Shown here piece after piece: positions 35,816 through 47,631 of a DNA stretch of 64,000 bases. Location of the stretch: NCBI RefSeq assembly GCF_016432865.1, contig NC_067401.1, positions 29,822,001 to 29,886,000 on the forward strand, in the 5' to 3' direction. The stretch comes from Antechinus flavipes. Its lineage: Eukaryota. Within the stretch, counting starts at the first letter, position 1. Each line of letters begins with the position of its first letter. The translations under genes were made by a program, and so were the position numbers. A model generated the notes under the pieces. It saw nothing but the letters and a program-made list of their open reading frames with translations. It was not told the DNA's origin and ran no database searches.

Positions 35816-37250
35816 CTATATATATACTACCAAATATATATATATTATCATATCACATATACTATCAAATATATATATATATACATATATACTATATATA
35901 TACACATATATACTACCAAATATATATATACACATATACTATCAAATATATATATATATACATATATTCTCAAATATATATANNNNNNNNNNNNNNNNNN
36001 NNNNNNNNNNNNNNNNNNNNNNNNNNNNNNNNNNNNNNNNNNNNNNNNNNNNNNNNNNNNNNNNNNNNNNNNNNNNNNNNNNNNNNNNNNNNNNNNNNNN
36101 NNNNNNNNNNNNNNNNNNNNNNNNNNNACTACCAAATATATATACACATATATACTTCCAAATATATACATATATACATATATATATATATACTATCAAA
36201 TATGTATATATACTATCAAATATATATATATACACTTATACTATCAAATATATATATACACACACATATATACTACTAAATATATATACACATATAGACT
36301 ACTAAATATANNNNNNNNNNNNNNNNNNNNNNNNNNNNNNNNNNNNNNNNNNNNNNNNNNNNNNNNNNNNNNNNNNNNNNNNNNNNNNNNNNNNNNNNNN
36401 NNNNNNNNNNNNNNNNNNNNNNNNNNNNNNNNNNNNNNNNNNNNNNNNNNNNNNNNNNNNNNCTACCAAATATATATACACATATATACTTCCAAATATA
36501 TATATATACATATACTATCAAATATGTATATATACTATCAAATATATATATACACACTTATACTATCAAATATATATATACACTTATACTATCAAATATA
36601 TATATACACATATACTATCAAATATATATATATACACACACACATATATACTACTAAATATATATACACATATAGACTACTAAATATNNNNNNNNNNNNN
36701 NNNNNNNNNNNNNNNNNNNNNNNNNNNNNNNNNNNNNNNNNNNNNNNNNNNNNNNNNNNNNNNNNNNNNNNNNNNNNNNNNNNNNNNNNNNNNNNNNNNN
36801 NNNNNNNNNNNNNNNNNNNNNNNNNNNNNNNNNNNNNNNNNNNNNNNNNNNNNNNNNNNNNNTACCAAATATATATACACATATATACTTCCAAATATAT
36901 ATATACATATACTATCAANNNNNNNNNNNNNNNNNNNNNNNNNNNNNNNNNNNNNNNNNNNNNNNNNNNNNNNNNNNNNNNNNNNNNNNNNNNNNNNNNN
37001 NNNNNNNNNNNNNNNNNNNNNNNNNNNNNNNNNNNNNNNNNNNNNNNNNNNNNNNNNNNATATATACTACTAAATATATATATATATACTCTCAAATATA
37101 TATNNNNNNNNNNNNNNNNNNNNNNNNNNNNNNNNNNNNNNNNNNNNNNNNNNNNNNNNNNNNNNNNNNNNNNNNNNNNNNNNNNNNNNNNNNNNNNNNN
37201 NNNNNNNNNNNNNNNNNNNNNNNNNNNNNNNNNNNNNNNNNNNNNNNNNA
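35816..37250 (+). repeat. AT-rich VNTR (tacta(t/c)caaatatatatatacaca-type units) broken by five N gaps
   Basis: Directly visible periodicity of ~25-30 bp; near-identical longer blocks recur between gaps. Confidence 0.9.
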
Positions 37251-37258
37251 TATTTGGT

Positions 37259-37393
37259 ACAGCAGTTGGGGTTAATTAAGTGACTTGCCTAGGGTCACAA
37301 AGCTAGTAGGTGTTAAATATCTAAGCATGGATTTGAACTCAGGTGCTCCTGACTTCAGGTCCAGTGCTGTATCCACTGTAGCATCTAGCTGCC
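37259..37393 (-). mobile_element. WSINE1-type CORE-SINE
   Basis: aagtgacttgcctagggtcacaaagctagt..atttgaactcaggtgctcctgacttcaggtccagtgctgtatccactgtagcatctagctgcc. Confidence 0.75.
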
Positions 37394-40300
37394 TTCTTAT
37401 GGAGCAGTAATATTCCGTGACATTGCTAAATCACAGTTTGTTTAGCCTAGGGGTTCTCTGCTTCTTTCATGCCATGGAGCCCTTTGAAAGTCTGCTGATA
37501 TGAACCCCTTCCCAGAATCATGTTTTAAATGTATAAAATAAAATACATAATATCACAAATGGAACCAGTTATATTGAAATGCAGTGATCAAAATGTTTAT
37601 TTTTTAAGTCGACAGACTGCAAGATAAAAAAGGTCTGGTTTACAGCCCTGTAAACAGAATGTTTACAACATTCCCAGTTTATAGGCCGCCTACTTTGTTA
37701 GCAGTGTTTGGGTACCGAAGCGCTGCTGTGAATATTTATTTTATGTAACCTTTCTTTCTGCCTTTGACCTCCCCGGAGTGTATGTCCAGTCATTGGCCCT
37801 CTGTAGGGGAACCTATTATTCTTGATAAAAACTTTTCATAAGACTCAATGGTTCCCGTGCTTTCTTTAATCACCCCTTCAGAGAATTAAAAGACTCTTAT
37901 TAAGTCATTCCTTAGCCTTTTTCTTCCCCAGATTAATCCCAGTTCTCCCTCTGAATCCATCTTAGTCTTTGACCCTTTTTCCAAGGCTCCTCATCTTTCT
38001 TAAACTGTTTTGCTCAAATGGGGACCCCAAGCTTTACCTGATTGGTATTAAATCCACAAATACCAACCTTTTCTCCTCTGTGTAATGATTAGGAGCTTAT
38101 ATGTAAATAAATATCCTAAGTCTCTTTGCCCCTAACTCCCTCTTATTCCACCCCAAGCTCCCTGGCTAGCTCTCCTCTCCTTCCTTCCATCCCACTTTCT
38201 CAGTTCCCGAGAGAGACATGAGGAATCAGGTCAGAGTTGAGATTCCATTGATTCTCCCTGCTTTTCTTTCTATTTTTGCCTAGCTCTCCATCCTCCATTC
38301 CCCAAATCTATTTTTAGCAGCTCTTGGCTCTCTCTTAATCTGGTTGGCAACTGTACCCGACTCTCTCTCTCCTCTCCACTGTTATCTCTCCCCTGCAGCC
38401 CATGCAGACCCCAGCTGCCCTTGCCTGTGTTCCCCTAGGCCGAGCTGCTTATTTTTATTCCATGGCCTTAGAGGAGTATAGGACCTGGTGGATAGTGAGG
38501 TGATTGATGCTGCTCAGAAACTGGTTGGAATAGAGAGCTTCCCATCGTGATCTCATTTTAGCAAACCCTAAACAAAAACTCCTTTAGGCTTCGATCTCCC
38601 CCACCTTCCAGCCCGGCTCCCCTGGGGCCTCTCCTCTAGTCTTTCTCCCCATATCACCTCAATGCAAGTAGACCTGAGTCTGAATCCTCAGAAAGCTATT
38701 AGCTGTGTGATCCTGAGCATATCATTGCCCAGGAGGAAAGACCAGTTCCCACCTTGGACCTTTGCAGACTGAATGACTTCTGGCTAGCGACCTAACCTTT
38801 CTGATCCTCATTTTGCTCATCTCTACATTGAAGAGCTTGACCCGATCCCTAAGGTCTCTTCTAGCTCTAAATTTATGATCTTGAAATTCTCATCTATTCT
38901 TAACTTACCTCTCTTTCCTCATCATGGATTCTTTCTTCCTTCCCTAAGAATGAGTTCCAGTCAAGTGTAATGTCCACGTCAGGGACACCAAATGTCCCTG
39001 AGGATAGAGGCTGCACAGTTTCAGTCTTTTTATTCCCAGGGCCCAGCATAGTGCCTAGTCCAGAATTAAGGGCTTTTAAATTGATGATTGAATTGAACTG
39101 ATTTTAAGATTTCTGCTATCCTACCATGGGGAGGCAAGTCTAGGCTATTTGGTCCTTGAGGTCATCAGCAATGGTACGGTTTGCTCCCCCCCACTTCCAT
39201 CCACGAATCTGAGACACTCCTGCTGCTTCCAGGCAAGCTGGCATGAGCCCAGACTCATTCTCACAGGATCATAAGACTATATAGATGTAGAATTGGAAAA
39301 GACCTTAGAGACTATCTAGCCTAAACCCCTTGTTTTCCATTTGAGGATCTGAATCCCAAAGATGTTAAATGCTTTGCCTTAAAAAAAGTAATGATCTGGC
39401 AGCCAGGAAGTGGAAGAGGCAGGATTCTAATCATGTGTTAAAAGTCAGCGAGGTGACACAGTGGACAGAGTGCTGGGACTCGGAATCAGGAAGAACTGAG
39501 TTTGAATCTTGCCTCAGATACTCACTAGCTCTCGAACACTGTTTGTCACTTTTTTTTTGCATAAGTAGAAGAATAATTTATACACCAACATTGCAAAAAC
39601 AAAAAAAAAATTTGAAAGACTTAAAGTGTTAATCAATGCAGTGGACACTCATGACAGTAGACAGATACCTCTTGACAGGGAAGGAATGGACTCAAGATGC
39701 AGAATAAGACATTTTTTTAAAACAAGTCTGGATACTGGGAAAATAATGTTTGTTCACTGGGGAAAATAGGGCTATATAGAATTCAGGTCATAAAGCAGGG
39801 ATTTGAATGAGCCTTTAACATGATAGCATGATATTCCTCTTTGCATTCAGGTTCTCTTTACTGGAACTAGTCACTTTTGAACCTTTTTTGTGCTTCAGTT
39901 TTCTCATCTATAAAATGGGAATAATAATAGCACCTATTTTTCAGAGTTGTGAGAATTAAATAGGATAACATATGTAAATTGCTTTAAAAACCTTTAAAGT
40001 GCTGAACAAAGACTCACTGTTATTATTCTGAATCTATATTCTGCCTACTTTCTGCTATCTGTAATTCCCCATTCTTAAAGGGCATCAGTATTCCCTGGCA
40101 CTGTCTATGTGGGAAATCTCCTCCCCATCCCCCTTCCCTTTCCCTTCAGCAAGGGAAAATCTTTGGTATATTTCCACCTCTTGTCCTCCCCTTAAGTTCT
40201 TCTAGTCACTGGTTCCCTCCCATAACTGACACCGAAGAGTTGAGTAATACAGTGAGTAAGGAGCTGCAGCTGGCTAGGGGAGGAGGATGGCACCCAGCTA

Positions 40301-40869
40301 AGCTGATGGAGAGGGAAGAGAGATACTGGCTTCCTATGTAGTCAGACCTCCTCTTGTTCTCCTTCCCACCTCTGACCAGTTCATTCTTTCCTTTCCTCCA
40401 TATGCCCTGGTGAAAAAAAGAAATCTGGCTTGGAACCCCTCGAATAATGAGAGTGAACCAAAAAAGGCTCCCCAGTGGGAAAGGCATCAGACTTCAGTGC
40501 CTCCCTTAAGACTTCATCACTATATTGGATGAGAACAGACTTAAAGCTACTGGCAGAAATAGGCATGGGACAGCCCTAGAGAAATGTTTATGGTTCTAGG
40601 GGTGAGGACTTGAGGAAGGGACTATAGTCCATTGCATATGGATTATATGGATAGATTGAAAAGGCCTATCTGCTGGAAAGATCACTGAATTTGGAGTCAG
40701 AATCAGTGTTTAAATTCCAATTGCACCACCTATGTGACTTTAAGCAAATTATTTAACCTCTTTGCGCCTTAGTTTACCCAACTACAAAATGAGAGACTTG
40801 AATGAAATTATCCGTATGTTCCCTTACAAGTTTTTAACCTATGAACCTAAAAGTGGAGGATGTTTTCCC

Positions 40870-41171
40870 TAGAGAAGAGGGCCTAGAGGGACATATTAGC
40901 TATTTTCAAGTTATTTGAAGGTCAAATCTAAGGTAAAACTTGAAACAGTGAATAGAAGTTGCCAAGAGGTAAACTTAGTATTAATATCTGGGAAATTTTC
41001 CTAACAATCAGAGGGGTCCAAAAGTAAGATGGGCTATCTTGGGAGGCAGAGGGTTTCCCTTCTTTGGAGATCTTCAAGCAGAAACTAAATGGCCATTTGG
41101 GGGATTCTTTTTTTTTGTAGGAGTTGGAGTTAATGATGACGGAGGTCCTTTCCAACTCAGTGATTCTGTGA
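40870..41171 (+). mobile_element. CR1/L3 3' fragment (other CR1-like remnants at ~5380-5620 -, 17440-17672 -, 37840-38060 -, 56500-56620 +)
   Basis: tgggctatcttgggaggcagagggtttcccttctttggagatcttcaagcaga..gaggtcctttccaactcagtgattctgtga is a typical L3/CR1 terminus. Confidence 0.65.
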
Positions 41172-43943
41172 CTAAGTGAAATTAATATAAAGAAGTGACT
41201 TCACAGTTGGATGGCATCAAGGCAGAGTCAGTGACTCAATAAACATTTATTAGGCATTTATAATGAGTCAAATCGGGGGTCAGTCCATAAATATCTATTA
41301 AGCACCTACACTATACTAAGATGGGGACGCAAAAAGAAGCAAGAGGCAGTTTCTGCCCTCAAGGAACTCACAATATAAGGGGGAGGGTGAATACTTCTGG
41401 TCTTTGTTCAGGAAGCATTTGCTTCGAATTTAAGAATTTGTATGACCATGGCCAAGTTACCCTTGGCCTGTAAATCTGAAGTCCCCCATCTGTAAAATGG
41501 GGGATCAGAATTCCTGTTGTACCTACCTCACAGCGTCGCTGTGAGGTTTGAATGAGATAATGTATGAAAAGTGCTTTGAAAAACCTTTAAGTATTATGGA
41601 AGGAGAACTGCAGCTGGCTGGGGGAGGAGGGTGGTAACCAGCTAAGCTGATGAAGGGGAAAGAAACTCATTATTATGGGCAGGACAGGCTGCATTTTGAC
41701 CCACTGAGAAAATCAGTACCAGCTTACAGTCTTTCTTAGGCTCTGGGAATTCAAGTTGTAGACCCAAGAACAATAAAATAAACTCCCTCTCCTTTTTGTT
41801 CCCCATTGGCTCAATTTCAGAAACTAGACTCTTTGACATAGTGTCACGGAGTGCACTGAATTAGAAGCTGGAGGACCTATGCTCAGAAGCTGCCTTTAGC
41901 CCTCGTTGCCCATGTGCCATGAGGCACATTAAATCACTTCTCTAAGATTTGGTTTCCTCCCCAGTAAAATTAAGGGGACTAGTTGTCCCCTAAGGCCCTT
42001 CCCAGCTCTAAATCTATTACCTTGCTAGCACGTTAAGATTTGTAATGGACTTTATATATGTTATCTCATTTAATGAACCATTGATCACTGAGCTGCATGG
42101 TCCGGTGGAGAGAGCTCTGGGCTCAGAGTCAGAGCTCCTGGGTCCAGATCTCATCTCTTTCCCTTACTGGTGTATGTGATCTCTCTGGATCTCAGTTTCC
42201 TCATTTGTAAAACGAATGGGTTTGCACTAGAAATCCACTAGGTTTCTTCCAACTCCACATCTGTGATCCTGACTGTGTGATGCTCTTTCCCATCACTCCT
42301 GTTCTCTCCTTAGTATATCCTGATTTCTCTCTCTGAGTGACCCTAACTAGAGAAACCTTGTTGCTGAACAATCGTTTCAGTCAGGTTTGATTCTTACTGG
42401 CTTCATTTGGGGTTTTCTTAGCAAAAATTCTCCAGCTCATTTTACAGATGAGGAAACTGAGGCAAACGAGGTAAAGTGACTTGACTTACCCAGGGTCACG
42501 CAGCTAGTGTGTGAGACTGGATTTGAATTGAGGTTTTCTTGACTCCAGGTCCAGCCCTCTCTCCATGGCACCACCTAGCTTCCCACAAAGAAACTCCTAG
42601 AGGGTTGTATCTGGGGGCATCTAGCTCTCTCTATAATATATAATATATATATATATATATACCTCGCCTATATGTAATAGCTGCAGTCTTCTCATTTACA
42701 ACACCTTCCCCACATCCCTCCCATCCCAGCTGGGGTGGATAAGACCTTCCTCTCTTCCAAAGCAATTAGCACAAGGTACGTCCAGCTCCGAGCTCATGCG
42801 GTTTCACTAAATGGGAACGATCCTAATGATAATAAAATGGCACATTTAACATTCAAACATTGAACAAGGTTTCTAAGTGAGTGCATCTCTCTCCAGTATC
42901 ACAGCTCCATCTCCACAAGCACCTGACAATACCCCTCAATGAGGAAACAGAAAACTGGGCCTCTCAACAGGGCCGGGGACAGCATGGAGAAGGAATCCGG
43001 AATAACAAGCTGGGGGGAGGTCGGAGGAGGGACAGCACGGAGGAGAGTGAGGGGTGTGTGTGGGTGCCGAAATGCCGACGATTGGAGCTTAATGAAGAAT
43101 AAATCCGACAACAGACTTAAATGTAATTAAACACACGTCGAGCCTTGGTCTTGATCTTTTGTGTGGTTCAGAGTTGGAGTGGAGGATGGGACTCAGAACA
43201 CCAGGATGAGTAAGAGGTCATAGAGTCTGACTTCAGCATCTTACAAAGGGGAAACTGAGGCTCAGAGGTAGGCCTCTCTGACTTGTCCAAAGCTAGACAG
43301 CCAATAGATGGCAGAGCTAGGAATTAATCCCACATCTTCTGGGTCTTCAGAAAATGAAGAATCTGAAAACTATAATTTCTGCGGCATTTATTATGCTTTT
43401 TTAATATGCTGGGCAAAAAGTAAACAATTCCGGCCCTTAAGGATCTTACATTATAATGAGGGAAAAGCAAAACACAAAAAAGTAAACACAAAATATGTAT
43501 GGATCAACTCATAAGCATTTATTATGCTCCTTTTGTGTGTGAACTAGGATTACAAAGACAAGAAGAATACAGCCCCAAACCCGAAGGAACCTTGCTTATA
43601 GCCCACTCCCCTCCTCCAGGAAATCTGAATCAAACTCAGTCCTGCTTTTGGAGGATTTCCCCTGTTCTTAAAGAGGAGCAGAGAACAAAATTCTTTTCAT
43701 TCTATGAGCTTCTGCCCCCTCCCTCTTGGAAAATTGATCTTTAAGTCTCCTCCTTGCAGTTCCTCAGGATGACTACTGAATCCTGTCACTAAAAGTAGTT
43801 CGGATGTCTACTTTTAATGGCAGGATTCGGTAGTCATCCCGAGGGAATGAGTGAGTCTGAATCAATCATGAAAAATATAAAATGTGGATGATGTTCCTCC
43901 CTTTAGTCGGTGAGTTTTCTACTATTCAATCAATTAACAGACA

Positions 43944-43949
43944 TTTATT
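43944..43949 (-). terminator. Candidate PIPOX polyadenylation signal inside an L2 3'-end remnant
   Basis: AATAAA on the minus strand 70 nt after the stop, within gcacatagtaggtgcttAATAAAtgtctgttaattgattgaat (L2 terminal motif). Confidence 0.4.
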
Positions 43950-44019
43950 AAGCACCTACTATGTGCCAGGCACCGTGCTAAGCAGAGGAGGCACAGGAAG
44001 GAGGATGCTAACCGGGGCT

Positions 44020-44150
44020 TTACAGAGATGCTTTGTCCAGGGACTGGAAGCGACTAATTTGGAATGGAGTCAGATCATAAGAGAGAGTGGACTCCGTACT
44101 CAGCTCATAGAGTATCTTCCCCACCACAGGCGAGAGTTTGAAGCCGTGTC
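44020..44150 (-). CDS. PIPOX: PIPOX exon 8, terminal coding part (131 bp including TAA)
   Basis: ctttccctag/GACAC..; (G)[45 protein letters not shown]. The GFSGHGFK motif is completed across the exon 7/8 junction. Confidence 0.93.
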
Positions 44151-44455
44151 CTAGGGAAAGGAAAAAAGAGCTTCTTTCAGAAACCCAGGTTCCTCGGGAA
44201 CAGTCTTCTGCCGCCTAGATGAACAGCTAACCACGCTCTTTCCCTCCCCCACGGAGCCAGAGATTGCTCTCTGGGGCAATCATGGAGACTCCCTGCTTCT
44301 CCCATTCCCCGGAGCTCAGATGGAGTTTTTCCAGCCCTCTGCAGCCTCAGACCCCGATTTCCCATTCAAGGCCCCGGGGAAGCCTGCATCGGAGCCCCAG
44401 ACTCCCTCCCTGAACTACAGCGAGCCTTTCTCCTCCTCCTCCCCTCCGTCCTCAC

Positions 44456-44531
44456 CTGAGAAGCCAGCCCCAATGATGATGTTGTTGTGTTTTGGGTGCC
44501 GATCCAAAATGAAATTCTCGTCTGGGCTGGT
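44456..44531 (-). CDS. PIPOX: PIPOX exon 7 (76 bp)
   Basis: ctcccgcag/ACC..TCAG/gtgag; [25 protein letters not shown](G). Too short for the ORF track; read manually. Confidence 0.93.
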
Positions 44532-45082
44532 CTGCGGGAGTCACAACAAAGGGGCTAAATGCCGTGGAGTCATTACGGGCCACGGGTGGTGGGAGGAAAC
44601 GTGCTTCTGCGGGGATCGGGACTGGGCTGGGTTATTTTCTGGAGGAGAACGTTTCGGGCCCCCTCGGGCACTGGGAGGGTTCTTATCCCCGGCATCTCCT
44701 GACTCGGCCAATCTTCCCCGTGTGCCCATCTGTCTGGATTCTAATATAAGACTCTGTACACAGTAGGTGCACGGTAAATGCTCATCAGCTAACTAATGGA
44801 GATGCTTCCGGCTCCGGCGACAGCTGTCACCTCTCCGTGTTCCTAAGACATGCCCAGCTGGGCAGCTTCCCAATCAATCTTGGACGGGAGCTCGGGAGAA
44901 TGCTGGAGGGGCCGGCGGGGCCGGGGCTGCCTCAGTAATGACGGAGAGCGATCGTCCCCTGCGCGCCCCCTCCGGGAAAGCAAAACGGAGGATTCGGGCA
45001 CTGTCAGATGTCGGGGCTAAACAAGGGCAGCGGGGCCCGGAGGACTCCAGGGGCCCCGGCGGGGCCCTCGCAGACCCCTTAC

Positions 45083-45241
45083 CGTGTACATGCAGCGTTC
45101 CATTATGGAGGGCTCGGGCTGCAGGCCGGGGAGGTAATCTCTCACAAAGCTGCGGAGGAGCTGGACATCTGCTAGGTCTGGAGAGGCTGAGGGGCAGTCC
45201 CGCTCATCTGGGTCGGCTTTGTTACCATGGTGATAACAGAC
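45083..45241 (-). CDS. PIPOX: PIPOX exon 6 (159 bp)
   Basis: caccag/GTC..ACG/gtaagg; [53 protein letters not shown], retaining the CMYT motif whose Cys carries covalent FAD in this family. Confidence 0.95.
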
Positions 45242-45339
45242 CTGGTGCCCAATCACAGCCGGCTTCAGGGAAGAGGGTCCACCTCCCAAGCAGACCCCAC
45301 CCAGCTGAAGGGGCTGGAGCTGCCCCAACCTAGGCAGGG

Positions 45340-45706
45340 GGGAAAGCACACACACAAACACATTCACACACACGCACTCATACATACACACACACACACA
45401 CACACACTTTCACACACACTCGTACATACACATACAACTCACACACACTCACAGAGATACACACACACTTTCACACACACATACACACACACAACTCACA
45501 CACATTCTCTCACACACCCTTTCACATACTCACACAAACACATATACACACATACATACTCATACACACTGTCTCTCTCACACATACACTTTCTCTGTGT
45601 CTATCTGTCTCTCTCGCCCCCTCCCTCTCTCTTTCTCTCTCTATCTCTCTGTTTCTGTCTCTCTGTTTCTCTCTCATCCCTCCCTCCCTTCCTGCCTCTT
45701 TCTCTC
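45340..45706 (+). repeat. Compound (CA)n then (CT)n tract in PIPOX intron 5, followed by a gap
   Basis: Directly visible; reads (GA)n then (TG)n on the PIPOX sense strand. Confidence 0.9.
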
Positions 45707-46768
45707 NNNNNNNNNNNNNNNNNNNNNNNNNNNNNNNNNNNNNNNNNNNNNNNNNNNNNNNNNNNNNNNNNNNNNNNNNNNNNNNNNNNNNNNNNNNNNN
45801 NNNNNNNNNNNNNNNNNNNNNNNNNNNNNNNNNNNNNNNNNNNNNNNNNNNNNNNNNNNNNNNNNNNNNNNNNNNNNNNNNNNNNNNNNNNNNNNNNNNN
45901 NNNNNNNNNNNNNNNNNNNNNNNNNNNNNNNNNNNNNNNNAAGCAAGGAGGCATAGTGAGAAGACAGTTGGACCTACCATCAAAAGACCTGAGTTCTAAT
46001 CCCACCTCCACTCCTTTCTATCTATGTGATCCTGGACAAGTTACTTAATCTCTCTGAGCCTCCATGTCCACCTCAGTAAAATGAGAGACATCAAAGAATG
46101 TTTAAAGTTGAAAGGGAACTTAGAGGTTTCATAATTTAGAGCTGGAAGATCATCTAGCCTCGCCCCCTCATTTTACAATCAAAGACACTTGTCTCAGATC
46201 GCCGAGGGAGTAAGGAGATTTGAACCCAGGTTCCCTGCCCTCTGCAACTGAGATTCTTTGCACTGCAACAAAGAGCTAAATTAAGTTGCTTTTAGCTCTA
46301 AGTTCCACAGCACCGGGATATGCATGGAATGGCACACAAGACACTGGAAAACTTTGAGTTCAAATCCCATTTTTGCCCATTTTTGCCCACAGAGTGACTG
46401 CTCTGTACCTGACTTTCCTCCTTTCTCAAATCAGTATTGGAGTTGATGACTTCCAAGGTCCCTTCCTATGATTCTTTTTTATATGACGTGCCACGAGGTG
46501 ATTCATACATAGATATGATATTTATGAGTCCTTCTCCTCGCTGCCAGAGGGAAACATCCAGATGCCCATCCTTATGGCCACCCTGCGTTTGGAGCCATGC
46601 CCAGTCCTTCAAGGCTCTTGGAGAGAATGTCCTAGTCATCAAGCCCCAGGATAGGCAGACATGGCTTCTGTGGGTAACGAGGTGGTCTGCTGCTACTGCT
46701 CATGAGTGTGGGGGTTGGGATAGCATGGAAAAGGAAAGCCTCAGTCTTACCGGAATCATCCTACTCAC

Positions 46769-46915
46769 CTTCACCAGTCCTGGGTATTCTCTAGCAGGAA
46801 GCCCATAGATATGGTGGGGAGCCAGATGTGGGAATAACCCCATAAAGCAAGGAAAGTTCTCTCCAAAGCTCCCAGCAACCTTTTCTTTCCAATAACACAC
46901 ATTGATCCGAAGGGT
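46769..46915 (-). CDS. PIPOX: PIPOX exon 5 (147 bp)
   Basis: tatcttag/ACC..AAG/gtgagt; [49 protein letters not shown]. Confidence 0.95.
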
Positions 46916-47631
46916 CTAAGATAGAGATGGGGGAAGGGAGAGATGGTGGAGAAAGAAGGAAAATCTCAAGCAGCTGCCTCCAGGGAGAGAGAGAACATGG
47001 AAGTACAAAGATGGGGTGGCAAGACTCTTCCAGATGGGATCTGACTTCTGGACTCTCAACTGCTATACTTTTGTTTGCATAAATAGTAAAATGCTTATAG
47101 AGTCAGAATGAATTATTTACTCAGGTGTTTCCCTGATCTCTCTAGCACAGGAATATCACTGGTGCAAATAGCAACCTCCGTCTTGAGTAATTCTTTTCCC
47201 TCTTTCTCCTGAAATTTTCCACAACAAATCAGCTCAATTACAAATGGCTTATTCATTTACTATCAAAATATACTGATCATCACCCCTACCTAGAACACTA
47301 TTTCTCCTCACCTTCTCTCAGAACCCCTGGTTTCCTTCAAAAATCAGCTCGAGTGTAACCTTCTAAATCAGGGATGCTCAGCTTTGTGTCCTGGATCCCT
47401 TAGGCAGACAGTCTGGTGAACCCTCTGGACCCCTTCCCACCATAATATTTTTAAATGGATAATATAAAATAAATAAGGTTACAGAAGAAACCAATCCTAT
47501 TGAAAGTTATCAATTAAAAAAAACAATAACAACAACAAATAGATCCAAAGGCTAATAACATCTGTTAAACAAAACCTTTTTTGATCTCCCCACTTGCTGG
47601 TGCCCTCCCTTCCAATACTCTTTTGCATTTA

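Larger units (their letters stand above)
44200..45330. promoter_or_regulatory. GC/CpG-rich island over PIPOX exons 6-7 and intron 6
   Basis: Dense CpGs by eye (e.g. ggggccggcggggccgggg, cgatcgtcccctgcgcgcc) against a CpG-poor background; obs/exp ratio not computed. Confidence 0.5.
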
